Below, in pieces: positions 11,411 through 23,896 of a DNA stretch of 64,000 bases (positions within the stretch are counted from its first letter, which is position 1; the number at the start of each line of letters is the position of its first letter). The stretch is from contig OX597821.1 in the NCBI GenBank assembly GCA_951406725.2, positions 101,928,001-101,992,000 of the forward strand. Direction: 5' to 3'. The notes beneath the pieces are model-generated. The model saw nothing but the letters and a program-made list of their open reading frames with translations, did not search any database and was not told the origin of the DNA. The position numbers and the translations under genes were made by a program. The stretch is from Octopus vulgaris. Its lineage: Eukaryota.

Positions 11411-12063
11411 TCTGTGTGTGTCTTCTTGTCTGGGTATTACATTAGAGTTGTAAGTGAACATCATTAAACTTCATGTCTTCATCTTCTGTGCAAACAAAAT
11501 GCCAGGCCACAGGGGAAATATTAGTTTACCTGGAAACAAGTGAGGGATCATGATAGGAAAACCATCCAGCCGTAGAAAATCTGCTTCAAAGATTCTTTTT
11601 CATTGATGCAAGCATGGAAAAGTGGATATAGAAACTATAATTGATTTCATCATTAATTATTTTTTCAACTAACTGAAAGCAAGCATGCTGAAACTTTGAA
11701 GTCACTGTCACGCATGCATGTGTGTGAAAAGACATAGCCTAGTGGTTAGGGTGTTGCACTCTGTATTGCTAGATTACGGGTTTGATTCCCAGACTAGGCA
11801 GCACTATGTGCCTGAACAAATCCAATTCAGTTCATGCTGTTCCGATTCACTCAGCTGCAATGGAATAGTCTGCCGATCAGAGGGAATGTTGGTCAGCTTG
11901 CCTAGTCACAGGGGTGTCATTATTCGAAGGCTAAAATGATGTGAGGCACTTTGTGACCAGTGGTGTATTACAACTACAAAGAATCTGGCCAATACCATGA
12001 AATATATGTTTGTGTGTATTTTAAATAGAACCCCATAACTTAAAACAAAGCAAATATTCTTAC

Positions 12064-12279
12064 CCAATGAAAGCAGTACCATAAAGTTCCTTTATAGTAC
12101 GAGTATCCCTTTTGGATGTGACAATGCAATCATACCAATAACCTCGCTGTTCAGGGGAATCATAGTTATAGTTTGCCATTACTTTCTGTCCAACTGTTAT
12201 GTCTTTGAACTTAATGATGTGGCGAGCACGTGGTCGAATTTGATTGCTGTCCAACTCAACTGGTTCGTCCTCTTCATAG
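12064..12279 (-). CDS. UHRF1: UHRF1 coding exon 5 (TTD)
   Basis: YEEDEPVELDSNQIRPRARHIIKFKDITVGQKVMANYNYDSPEQRGYWYDCIVTSKRDTRTIKELYGTAFIG; AG and GTAAG boundaries; 216 nt, phase 2-2. Confidence 0.95.
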
Positions 12280-12404
12280 CTGAAATGTATCAGAATATTT
12301 CTAATGCATAAGTCAATCACAAGATATAAAATAAAATAGAGCAATACATTATTTTCTGAAATAACACGATAAGTTTCACTCTGAATGAAGTGCGTGTATG
12401 TATG

Positions 12405-12442
<38 letters not shown>

Positions 12443-14086
12443 AAGGGCATCCAGCCGTAGAAACACTGCCAGATCTGACTGGGCCTGACGAAGCCTTCCA
12501 GCTTCACAGACCCCAGTTGACCCGTCCAACCCATGCTAGCATGGAAAGCGGATGCTAAATGATGATGACGATGATGATGATGATATATATATATATATCA
12601 GAAACACAGCACTCATGCAATCAAGATATTAACAGTATATAAAGGACAGTTAATTATATCATTATAAAAAATACATGTAGAAATCAGTGGTTTCCTGTTT
12701 TCTGCTATTATGAGGAGATAAGGTGTACAGGTACACACACACACACACATAGGAAAAATCTAAGGCACCATAAATCAAATGTAGTTGAAACAACAATAAA
12801 TATATTCTCAAAAAGCAGTGAAACTTATCTTTATCTTTCATTTGTTTCAGTCATTGGGATGAGGCTGTGCTGGGAAACTACCTTAAAGGGCTCAGTCAAT
12901 CAAATTGACCCCATGACTTTATAGTTTGGTACTTATTTTGATCCATCTCTTTTGTCAAAATGCTAAGTTATGGAGATGTAAATCAACCAGCAGTAGAGGG
13001 AACAAACATAAATGCATGTAGATATTTATATATGACAAACTTCCATAAGTTTATTTCCACCTAAATTGACTCACAAGGCATTGGTTGGCACAGGGCAAAA
13101 GACATTTGCCCAAGGTGTCACACAATGGGACTGAACCTGAAACAAAATGGTTGCAAAGCAAACTTCGTAACCACAACAACCATGCAAGTATGTGAAATGA
13201 CAATGAGACTTCAACATACAATCTTTGGACTCGAAAGTCAAACACCCTATCCAATATACAAAATATTTCATTCCAATTAACCAGTTGAGATAGAACCTTC
13301 ATCAGATTGGTTTTCAGATTGTTTAGAAGATATTTCACAAATAATCCAAATAAAGATAATCCAAATAAATAGCTATTACCCAACAGAATTAATTAACTAT
13401 CAATGACTTCTCTTGTTAAAATTTTATGGCTCAAAAGTTAAAACTCCAAGCTCAAGAAAGATAACTCCTCTACTCATAATTTGCTTTTTGTTTCATTCAG
13501 AGAAAGATCCATGCCTGAAGAATTAACTTTATTGATGCTGGTGTGATAGAGGTATGTTGTCTATTATACTTTGTTTTGCTCATGAAAACTGAAGTTGCCA
13601 TGTGCAGGCTTTAAACTAAATAATAGAGGTTCTCTAACAAATACTAATGTAAGATAAACATATCATTACACATTAGAAAAGACATAAAAAAAGCAAAAGT
13701 ACCAGAACTTGATAAAACACCACAAAATGCAGTAAGGTGCCTGCTGATGGGTTGAGGGTCTAAAATGTATGAACAGCTTCTATACTGCAAACCTGTATGA
13801 CTGATTATGCTGACACAGAAAAATGATTGTAAAAATGAAGTATACAAAAACTATTAAAGAAAGGATGGGGGGGTGGAGTTCTGGATAGAAGTTTTGAAAC
13901 ATGATCTCAGTAGAAAAACTCCCTAATATTCTCAAATAAAGAAGCTGACCTAATAGATAATTAGGGGAAAAAAACACCACACTAAGTATTGAAGATCAAT
14001 ATGACATTTTCATGTTAAGCATATTATATATTTATTCACACACACACACACACAAACATATATATATATGTGTGTGTGTGTGTATG

Positions 14087-14120
<34 letters not shown>

Positions 14121-14521
14121 AACGTACATACAGCACAACAAAATATACTGAATAAATTAAACAAAAGAGCGAATTACCAAAATGGAATATTTTACTCATT
14201 ACTTGAGGAAAACAATATTTTTCTTTTAGTTCCCACTCATATGAACACTAATGGCATGACTTTCTCTCACTTAGAGCTAATTGTTTGAAATGACAAGAGC
14301 ATAGGTGTGTGCACACTTGCTAATGGCACTCATTTGAATCTCCCTCTTTTTCTCTCTCTCTTTTTGCCATCTCTTTTCCACAGCTTGACAGACTTTTTAC
14401 ACCACAGGAATCCACCATTAGCACTAATATAACAGATAAATAAATTTTCAAATTAAATAAATGTTAAAACCAAAGTGCGAGGGGCTTAATTAAATTTCGA
14501 AACAATATATAATATTGTTTT

Positions 14522-14900
14522 GGTGCAGGTGTGGCTATGTATTAAGAAGTTTGCTCCCAAACCACATAATTCTGGGTTCAGTCCCACTTGGGCAAGTGTC
14601 CTCTGCTTATAACCTTGGGTCAACCAAAGCCTTGTGAGTGGATTTGGTAGATGGAAACTGAAAGAAGCCGGTTTTACACATATGCACACAAGCTTGTGTG
14701 TCTTTGTTTACCCAAACTGTTTGACAACTATTGTGGATGTTTTACATCCCTCTAACTTAGTGGTTCAGCAAAAAGGACTGATAGAATAAGTACCAGGCTA
14801 AAAAAAACAAAACAATAAGTACAGGGACCAATTTGTTTGAATAAAACTCTTGAAGGCAGTGCCCTGACATGGCCACAGTCTAAAGACTGAAGAAATAAAA
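14522..14900 (+). mobile_element. SINE family A
   Basis: Same head, body and tail as 1526-1907, opposite orientation, more diverged. Confidence 0.75.
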
Positions 14901-15004
14901 CAATACTGTAACAAATGTGGCAGTACAGTTCTATATTTAAGAGATGAGGAATTATGTACATTATTTACATTCGACGGATATTTGTCCTCATCTTGTTTGT
15001 TGTT

Positions 15005-15050
15005 AACACAACTTTTCGGCTGATATACCCTTCAGCCTTCTTCAGGTGTC
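15005..15050 (-). ncRNA. Minimal type I hammerhead ribozyme motif (second arm, sense to the UHRF1 pre-mRNA)
   Basis: GACAC-CTGAAGA-A-GGCTG-AAGGGTATAT-CAGCC-GAAA-AG-TT-GTGTT: stems I and II pair fully; stem III palindrome broken by C>A. Confidence 0.6.
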
Positions 15051-15350
15051 TTGGGGAAATTTTGAACCTGGTATTCCTCAGGTATTTTTCGATGTTGTTA
15101 TTATTATTATTAAGGTCACTGCTTGGAATCGAACTTGGAATCTTGGGGTTAGTAGCCCGCGCTCTTAACCACTATGCCATATTTTTCTATTGAGATACAT
15201 ATGCCCACGGACATATGGCGTAGTGGTTAAGAGCGCAGGCTACTAACCCCAAGATTCTGAGTTTAATTCCAAGCAGTGATCTGAACAATAATAATTAATA
15301 ACATTGAAAAATACCTTAGGAACAAGAACCCAGGTTCAAAATTTCCCCAA

Positions 15351-15396
15351 GACACCTGAAGAAGGATGGAGGGTATATCAGCCGAAACGTTGTTTT
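15351..15396 (+). ncRNA. Minimal type I hammerhead ribozyme motif (slightly degenerate)
   Basis: GACAC-CTGAAGA-A-GGATG-(10 nt loop)-CAGCC-GAAA-CG-TT-GTTTT: CUGANGA and GAAA boxes, palindromic AACGTT stem III; one mismatch each in stems I and II. Confidence 0.6.
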
Positions 15397-15496
15397 AGCA
15401 ATAAATAAGATGAGGACAAATATCCGTCATAATGTAAATGTGGCAATGTTGTACTTTATGATAAATCAAAAATTATGTGAATAAAGTAATACTCAC

Positions 15497-15993
15497 CCAT
15501 CAAAAACAATGGAATAAATAAATCCATCATTGGTTTTGGGAATATCTTTCAACAGTTTTTCTTTCCATTGGGCATCACTGAATTTAGAGTCTGTTTGTGT
15601 GTCCATTACTGGTAAACTGTCACAATGGTTAGCATTTTCATCAACAATAGTACCTTTTTCAGACAGCTTACTATCTGTTGAATTTGAATGAATTTGTTTG
15701 TTTTTATCAGCATTTTCATGAGACAAACCTGTGGAAGCATTGCACTCTTCATTGCTGATTCGTGTATCCAGTCTATTTTCTGTATCTGTCCTGCCAATAT
15801 CGTTTACACAACCCTCAACTCTATCCCTGCTACATTCATTTTTATTATCTGAATTGACCACCTCTTGCAATGGGGTGGCAGTAGAGTCATTACCCTTTCG
15901 GGCATTTGTACAAACTTTTGGAATTATTTTAACAATTTTTGCCTCAAACCAAGCTCCCATTGTTGGGTCCCTGCCATCAATAATGTCACCTAT
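15497..15993 (-). CDS. UHRF1: UHRF1 coding exon 4 (first Tudor domain with long insertion)
   Basis: tttacAG|IGDIIDGRDPTMGAWFEAKIVKI...GFIYSIVFDG|GTGAGT; 497 nt open frame, ends phase 2. Confidence 0.93.
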
Positions 15994-16893
15994 CTGTAAA
16001 TGAATAACACAAAAAAAAAAAAAAAAAAAAAATCACATTATTTTCAAAGCTAACAAGAAAACTAATGAGCATCACATTTAAAAGACAGACTAGTGGGAAG
16101 GTTTAACAAATTTGCTATTAATTGTAAAACAGGAGATTTTTATTATGAGCCACTTTAACCTTTTTTGGGACACTCAGGCTGACTGATCAGCCCATGATAC
16201 AAGCTGAAAGGGCTTTGAGGTCAATCCATCAGCCCAATGGAACAAATGTGAATGGTTTGTTCTGAAATGTAATAGTTAATCAGATCGTTTTTCAGGAGAT
16301 GTATCTCAATAGAAAAATATTTTGGTCTTTTTGGCTACACATACCAAAATGTGTCTCAAAAGGGTTAAATAATTCACAGCAGAAGGCACCAAAAATATTA
16401 GAGCTTCCTTAAGAAGATAAAGCAGTGATTCTTCAACTTTTGTAGAATCATCTTCATTGATTCTACATTTCATTCTCAGTTCCTAGATTAGTTTTCATAC
16501 AATAAAAAGTAAGATTAATTTATTCCAAATGAGTACACCCATATACAATGTGTTCTAGCAACTGGTTGCAATTGTGATTTGACATCAGATTACTTAACTT
16601 CATGTACAGGTCACAATTTTAATGAAAACTTGGTCTCAGATAATAAATTTTAAAATCTAAGCCAAGAGAACCCCCAACTGAAGATGAAAATTGCTGGAAT
16701 TCTTTAGAAATTATAAAATTGTTTCTTCATAATAGCACAAAAACTGGTTTTATGTATAGCATTTTATCTCCATAAGAACCAAGGAAAAACATTTTATCTA
16801 AATATAACTGATTTTCATTAGTAACTTATGTCAATTGTATCAAAATTTAACAAAAAAATAAGTTAACATCTTTCATAAAAAAAAAATACATAC

Positions 16894-16980
16894 TTTATAA
16901 ATACTATCTGAAATATCTTCTGTTTCACCAGACAACTGTCCAGATGTAGAAGCTTTAGCTGCTGGAAGACAGGATTCAGG
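16894..16980 (-). CDS. UHRF1: UHRF1 coding exon 3 (linker into TTD)
   Basis: ttttattAG|PESCLPAAKASTSGQLSGETEDISDSIYK|GTATGT; 87 nt; ends in the YK that precedes the first Tudor domain. Confidence 0.85.
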
Positions 16981-18101
16981 CTAATAAAAAAAAGAAGGAT
17001 TGAAAATGTAAATAAATAAATATACAGTTCTAAATTCTGAGATACTAAACTGTTACAATTTTAAATTCTGCTGCAACCCCACCCCCACTTTTTTTTTAAT
17101 CACTTAATTATCTTTCTATTGTGAATTTAATGATAAAAATATCTGCTTTAACATGTAAATATTTAAATGTTAAAATGCTGTCATTTCAGAAAAGATTTTT
17201 TTTTTCCTTAGTGATGCCCTTAATGTATAATAAGGACAATATTTTCTTCTACAGATGTCCAAAAATTATTTTTAAACACGTCTTTGTTGACTAAATGACG
17301 TGCTATTTGGTTAATCTTTATTCAACTACTGCGTGCCTTTGGCAATTTTCAGGTGCTCTAAGGGTGGTGGGAGAAAGTTATTCTTAACCCAATTGCCTAC
17401 AACAGGCGACACTCTGATAAAAACTGTCACAGTCTAGGTCAGTGACCGTCAACCATTTTTTTGGCCTATGGATCCTTTTGATTCCTACCATTCACTGCTT
17501 TAAACAATCCTATTATTATATTTTATAATCAAATATTATACGGAATTGTATTAAAAAATTAAACTATTTTGTGTATTGTAGGAACATGAGCAATTTATTG
17601 CACATAAATTTTAGCAAAACCTTATATGGACTCTGGTTGAGAACCACTGGTCTGGGCAGTAGAGTTAAAACAGTTCTTCAGAATGGATAGTTTGACAGAT
17701 TTAGAAATTTACAACTAAGCATATAAACATTATGCGGTTAACAAAAGCCAAAAAAGGAAAACTGAACTTTATTCTGGAAAGGATTAGATAACATGTGCAA
17801 AGAAATGAAAGGTGAAGCTCATACAATAAAACATAACGGACATTAAAAATAATTCTAATAATCTTAATCGTTTAGCATTCAGATTAGTCAAATCTAATAC
17901 ATATTTAATCTCATTGATATGAATCAATCATGTATTATCTCATAGCTTTGAAATTTCAATGATGTGACTGTTGATTTTTACATTGGCATTGTTAATTAGG
18001 TGTGAGAGGTCAGATCTGGCCAGTTTAAAGATAAAACAAGTAAAAAAAGATTTGAGCCCAAATATAGCCAGTTTAAATACTAAAGGGTTAAATATATCAG
18101 A

Positions 18102-18410
18102 GATGGAGGCACAATGACCCAGTTGTTAGGGCAGCGGACCCGAGGTCGGAGGATCATGGTTTTGATTCCCAGACCGGGCATTGGGTGTGTTTATTGAGTG
18201 AAAACACCTAAAGCTCCACGAGGCTCCGGCAGGGGGTAGTGGCGACCCCTGTTGTACTCCTTCGCCCCAACTTTCTCTCACTCTTTCTTCCTGTTTCTTG
18301 AGTAACGCTGCGATGGACTGGTGTCCCGTCCAGCTGGGGGGAACACATACACCACAGAAACCGGGAAACTGGGCCCATGAGCCTGGCTAGGTTTGAAAAA
18401 GGCGCATAAA
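18102..18410 (+). mobile_element. SINE family E with 13-bp TSD
   Basis: Close match to 4982-5295; TSD TAAATATATCAGA at 18089-18101 and 18411-18423. Confidence 0.88.
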
Positions 18411-18769
18411 TAAATATATCAGAACACCACCCAATGTTCCAGCCATCTTTCACTGCATATATGTGTCCTCACACTCCAGTTCTTGAACTTCGATTTGATT
18501 TTTCCTCAGAGTGGGATGGTCAAAATGGTAGAATACAAACACTTTTTGTTTTTTATTTGAATTGTGCAAGAGTTAATTTTAACTTTAAGGCTTCAGGGAT
18601 CCATAAAATAAGCATTAGCAATTGTATTAGGTTCATTGTCACTTTCTTTTTACAATGTATCAATCAATATCAAAAATGATTACATTGTTTCACCTGATAA
18701 ATTTTAGCTCTCTTGGTTAACTGTTTTTGTAGTAATATATATATATATATATATATACACACTCTTTAC

Positions 18770-19159
18770 TCTTACTCTTACTTGTTTCAGTTATGTGACT
18801 GTGGCCATGCTGCAGCATCACTTTTAGTCGAGCAAATCGACCCCAGGACTTATTCTTTGTAAGCCTAGTACTTATTCTATTGGTCTCTTTTGCCGAACTG
18901 CGAAGTTACGGGGACGTAAACACACCAGCATCGGTTGTCAAGCGATGTTGGGGGGACAAACACATATACACACACATATATATATATATACATATATATG
19001 ATGGGCTTTTTTCAGATTCCGTCTACCAAATCCACTCACAAGGCTTTGGTTGGCCTGAGGCTATAGTAGAAGACACTTGCCCAAGGTGCCATGCAGTGGG
19101 ACTGAACCTAGAACCATGTGGTTGGTAAGCAAGCTACTTACCACACAGCCACTCCTATG

Positions 19160-19162
<3 letters not shown>
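18770..19162 (-). mobile_element. SINE family A
   Basis: Full-length copy flanked on both sides by (TA)n. Confidence 0.85.
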
Positions 19163-19210
<48 letters not shown>

Positions 19211-19904
19211 TTGGATTTGTGAGTTTTCAAGGGATGTGTCCATACACCATTTTAATCATTTTAGTAATTCCATGTTATTATTTTTATGTAATTCTTAAAA
19301 TATTTATAAACTTAAAGTGTTACATTTTACTCATTACAGTTCTCTATTATCAGTAAAGCTAATAAGAAACACTAAGGGAGAAGAAGCAATTATTTTAAAA
19401 CAAAAATTGACTATAAATAAGTTGATACTCAATTTAACATACCCACAGATGAAATAATCACTAAATGGGGATAATCTATTTTAATTATGTATAATAATTT
19501 GCTATTTGTATCAGAGATGCTAACTCATATTTCCTCCTATCTCAGACAAATAAAGTAAAGGTGTATAGATGTAACAGACGATAAGTACTATTTGCACACA
19601 AACTTTTTATAATCGAGGGCTAACTTCAATAAAGGGAGATAACAACAGCTAGAGCTGACATTTTGCTATGAAATGCAAACTATATTTGCTTCAAATTGTT
19701 GTCGATTATTGTTTGTACTTGAGGAATGTGGCCCTCACGTGCGTTTATGTATCAAAACATTAAGCAGTATGTTATACACCCTTTCCTTTCTATATTAATT
19801 TAGAAATCAATGCAGTAAATTTTGATACAACATAAAGGACATAATGGAAATTAATATGCACAAGTCAAATTTTGCAACTCCATTACATCATATATGAAAA
19901 ATAA

Positions 19905-20260
19905 CATCGCCCACAAGAAAAAATCCGAGCTAAGTCAAGTCTGGGGGACGTGAAAGGCCAGCTCACATTGCCGTAGCGGGAGATTATTCTCTTTCCAAAG
20001 CACTATCATAACAACTGCATTCTCTTGCAGTATGAATAGTTGCCCCATCTTGCTGGAACTGTGTATGAGGTCTACTTTGAATGACCTTCATGTTCCCCAG
20101 ACTTTAGCCCTGATTTTTTCTTGTGGGGATACCTGGAGGTGAGGGTTTATGTCAACAAACCGGAGACCCTGGTGTAACTGAAGGAGAACATCAATAGAGA
20201 AATCAAAGAAGTGGGGTCTGAAACTCTTGAGGGCGTTATGGTGCAAGCTTTGGAAAAAAT
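19905..20260. mobile_element. Rearranged Tc1/mariner transposase relic
   Basis: Minus strand 19905-20070: FQQDGATIHTARE...IISRYGNVSWP...DFFLW (frameshifted). Plus strand 20082-20258: *PSCSPDFSPDFFLWGYLEVRVYVNKPETLV*LKENINREI. Confidence 0.8.
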
Positions 20261-20370
20261 TGTCAATTGAAAATACATGTGCTGTTTAGAAATGAAAAGC
20301 AACAATTATTTAATGATGAAAAGAAAGGAATTGAAAGCTCTCAAGTAGACAAATTTGAAATATAACTTAC

Positions 20371-20538
20371 CATTTTATTTTCCTTGTCTGAAGAGTTAGA
20401 ATTCTCTTCACTCTCATATTCAATTGGTTTTGGTTCATCTTTCTGTACAGGTGCTACTGGGATTTTCTGCCGTATCATCAACTGAATGAGGTCATTGAGG
20501 CCAACATTATAATCAAACAAAGTATGGCCATTTACAAG
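20371..20538 (-). CDS. UHRF1: UHRF1 coding exon 2 (UBL C-half + linker)
   Basis: Not in the ORF track. ttttAG|LVNGHTLFDYNVGLNDLIQLMIRQKIPVAPVQKDEPKPIEYESEENSNSSDKENKM|GTAAGT; 168 nt. Confidence 0.95.
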
Positions 20539-21019
20539 CTAAAAGAAGAAAATAAAACAGAAAACTTAATAATATTTAAATTGTCATATTTACTGGCTTA
20601 TAAAACATCAATTTGTGTAATAACTTTCATCTTTAGATTCCATACTTTTTACATTTAAAATTGATAACTGCAAATATTTCTTGATGAAATTTCCTATTAT
20701 ACATGGAGAAGCTCAAGAAAGTATTCTCTCGTGAATATATAATTAAAAAATGGTTCTAAATGAAAATATATGGCTGAATGATCAGCATTTAACCCTTTGG
20801 CATTCAAATTACTCTTTGAAATGTGATGCTTTTTTATTCACATTGGTTTGAATTAATCATGCATTATCTCATAGCTTTGAGATTTCAATGAGGTGATTGT
20901 TTATTTTTTGAATGACATTGTAGAACATGTATGAGAGGTTGGATCATGTCAGTTTGAACATAAAACAAGTAGGATATTTTGGATCAGGTATGGCTGGTTT
21001 AAATGCTAAGTCAGTTGTC

Positions 21020-21197
21020 TCTTTTATATGTTTCAGTCATTTGACTGTGGCCATGCTGGAGCACCGCCTTTAGTCGAGCAAATTGACCCCAGGGCTTATT
21101 CTTTGTAAGCCTAGTGCTTATTCTATCGGTCTCTTTTGCCAAACCGCTAAGTTACAACCATCGGTTGTCAAGCGATGTTGGCGGGGGGGACAAACAG

Positions 21198-21237
<40 letters not shown>

Positions 21238-21400
21238 GACGGGCTTCTTTCAGTTTCCATCTACAAAATCCACTCACAAGGCTTTGGTTGGCCCGAGGCT
21301 ATAGTAGAAGACACTTGCCCCAGGTACCACGCAGTGTGACTGAACCTGGAACCATGTGGTTTGTAAGCAAGCTACTTACCACACAGCCACTAGTGCACCT
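21020..21400 (-). mobile_element. SINE family A
   Basis: Full-length copy with a small internal deletion. Confidence 0.85.
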
Positions 21401-22601
21401 ATAACTATTTCTGCAGCTGTTCCTGGAAGACAGTGAAATTTGGACTGATTCCACTACTCTTATGTTATATGTGATATTCCTTTTTTTTTTATCTAATAAT
21501 CAGAATCAGAAGGACAGCACCCATAACCTTCACACCCCATCCCATCAAAACTGTTAAGATCTAACCTGAGTACCTGTGGCAAAACATACAAGTGGATACC
21601 TGAAAACCCCGGAAACAAAAAATTCAGCTAAAAACATCTAAGGATCAGGTGACAGTGCAAAACTTACTAAACAGTATCTTAGATAGGTACACTTCCTGCC
21701 CAAGAATCTTTCAATACCTCCAGTAATTAGCTAGTAATCATTTTAATAACAACCAAAGCCAAGGAAGGTTGTTTTGCAGCAAAATGAACAAAAGAGATAC
21801 ATATTTGAGGTGATGGAAAGAAAAGACAAAGATCATGATAAAAATGTAAAATGTTCCCCACCCGCCTTACAAGCTGAACAATGAAATCATTGTGCAAGTG
21901 AGTTGGGTGTCCTCCTTTCCCATACAGCCTTTTTGCCAGTTGTCAACATAGTACCTATGTCCAGCTAACTGAACTGTGTCTCCTTGTTGGTGGTCTTTGC
22001 TTAAAACTTCATTTGTCAGCATCTGCATAGAACACTTTCAGCATTCATATAATGAACCACATCTTTGTAGCATTCGTAAGTTAATGCACTTATTTGATGA
22101 TGTTCCAGTAGTTTCTTAACCATTATGCAATTTAGTTTTATATTTAATAATTGATTTTGTATGAGTACAGTATAGTGTCTGCGAACAGCTGTGGCTAAAA
22201 GATATTAACCAGTGTAAAACCAAAGATAAATAGTGATTGCTTGGTATATATTGATTGCCACATGGCCACAAACTATGGAAAAGTGGCAACATAGACAACT
22301 GAACTAATTGATTTCCAATAAATGTCAGTAGTTATTTTATTGTGGTGAGAAAGGAAGAAAGATATCAATATTGGCAAGACATGAATTTAGAATGTAAATG
22401 GGCAAAACTAAACACTGCAATGAAAGGTTTTCAGTTTGGTTGCTTGACCTGCTAAAAATAGAAGTCAAACCTCTCTCAAATTGCACCCAACTGTTTTAAA
22501 ACAAGAACTGGATACTTTGGATAATGTAGTCATAGGCATGCTCCAAAAAAAAAAGTCAGGATGGTCATGATTGGAATGAGCTGTCGAATCAAGTAGAGTG
22601 T

Positions 22602-22820
22602 TTAACCCTTTCGTTACTGTATTTATTTTGAGATGCTCTGTGTTCCTTTCAATTACTTTAAATATAACAAAGAATTTAATTAAAATAACTTATTTATTAC
22701 TCAGCTAGTGTTAGGAACATAAATTATGACTAAGGTTTGGTGGAAGATTTTAATTCAAAACTTATGAAAACAAGACATTTGTACACAGAGCCAGAGCCGG
22801 TTTGGTAACGAAAGGGTTAA
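22602..22820. mobile_element. piggyBac-type MITE, family C
   Basis: TTAA-CCCTTTCGTTAC ... GTAACGAAAGGG-TTAA: TIRs with TTAA TSD. Confidence 0.88.
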
Positions 22821-23896
22821 ACAATATCTAAATACTATTTCATGTCCTTTTTGTCATGCTACTGCCTTTATCAAAGAAATAAAAATTTTGTCTGCTGAAT
22901 ATTCCAGTTGCTTGATCAATGGCACTACATACTCTTTGGATTATAAAGTACGTGTATATTCCATAGGTACTTGTACTCTTCAACTAATTCTCTGGCAGAA
23001 TCAGTGTAACTGTGTGTGCACTTGGCCCTTTGAATTAAGGATGAAATCCAGAATCTGTATATCCATGTTCATTCGCAGTTATCCACTGACATAAGACCAA
23101 GGTAAGAAGAAGTCATCTACCCAAAGTATTATGCGGTGGGATCGAACCAAGGATCCATTGATTGCGAAGTGAACTTCTTAACCATGCACAGACTGCAAAG
23201 TGATTTAACACACACTTTTTAAACTTCTATGTGGATTCCTTCATTCCTTAAATATTTTTCTATGCTAAGTAGTGTACCATCTTATAGGTTTATTTAAGAC
23301 TTCTTCCATCTCTATTTTGACATGTCTTTACTTAGTTAATGCGGTCATAATAAAACCAAAACACACTTGCCATTGATTCCCATACTTATTGAAATAATTT
23401 GAATTTTGGTACAAGACCAACAATTTTGAAGGAAGGAAGCAAGTTGATTATATCAACCCTGGTACTTGAATAGTACTTTATTTTATCAACCCTAAAAGAA
23501 TGAAAAGCAAAGCTGACCTCAGCAAGATTTGAACTCACTGAGATAATTAAAATTGTTAGCTAATATTGTTTTTCCCTTACAGTCTAATATTTTCCAGATA
23601 ATGTTCCCTGCACTTCAACATATTAAAAATATCTTCTTGATAACAGCTCAGAGCCTTCTCCACTCTACACTGAAAAAAAAAACATGCTCTGATCAATTAT
23701 TATCTTTATGGTTGGGTGATCAGTGGCAAGAAGAGACACCCTGGAAGCTCTTCCTACCATTGTCAAAATAGTAGTTCTATCTGTAACAAATCTAGCTCTA
23801 GCTGTCCATGACCCAATAAGAGATTTGAAATAAATAAATGTCTGTCTGTCTGTTTACTAGTTCCTACTGCAAATTGTTGAAGTAGATTATCTAGAT

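Larger units (their letters stand above)
14957..15439. mobile_element. Palindromic (head-to-head) tRNA-headed retroelement with Penelope-type tail
   Basis: Arms ~14963-15182 and 15213-15439 are reverse complements. Each starts TGGC(G/A)TAGTGGTTAAGAGCGC..GCTACTAACCCCAAG..GTTCGATTCC (A box, anticodon arm, B box; B box diverged in the right arm). Confidence 0.8.

Noticed and set aside
15213-15285. Functional tRNA gene (also the heads at 4984, 18105, 58163)
   Set aside because: No proper acceptor stem; each continues into a repeat body, so these are SINE heads.
15731-16003. Plus-strand ORF overlapping exon 4 (also 2544-2807 and 10198-10494)
   Set aside because: Antisense shadows of real UHRF1 exons with no independent support.
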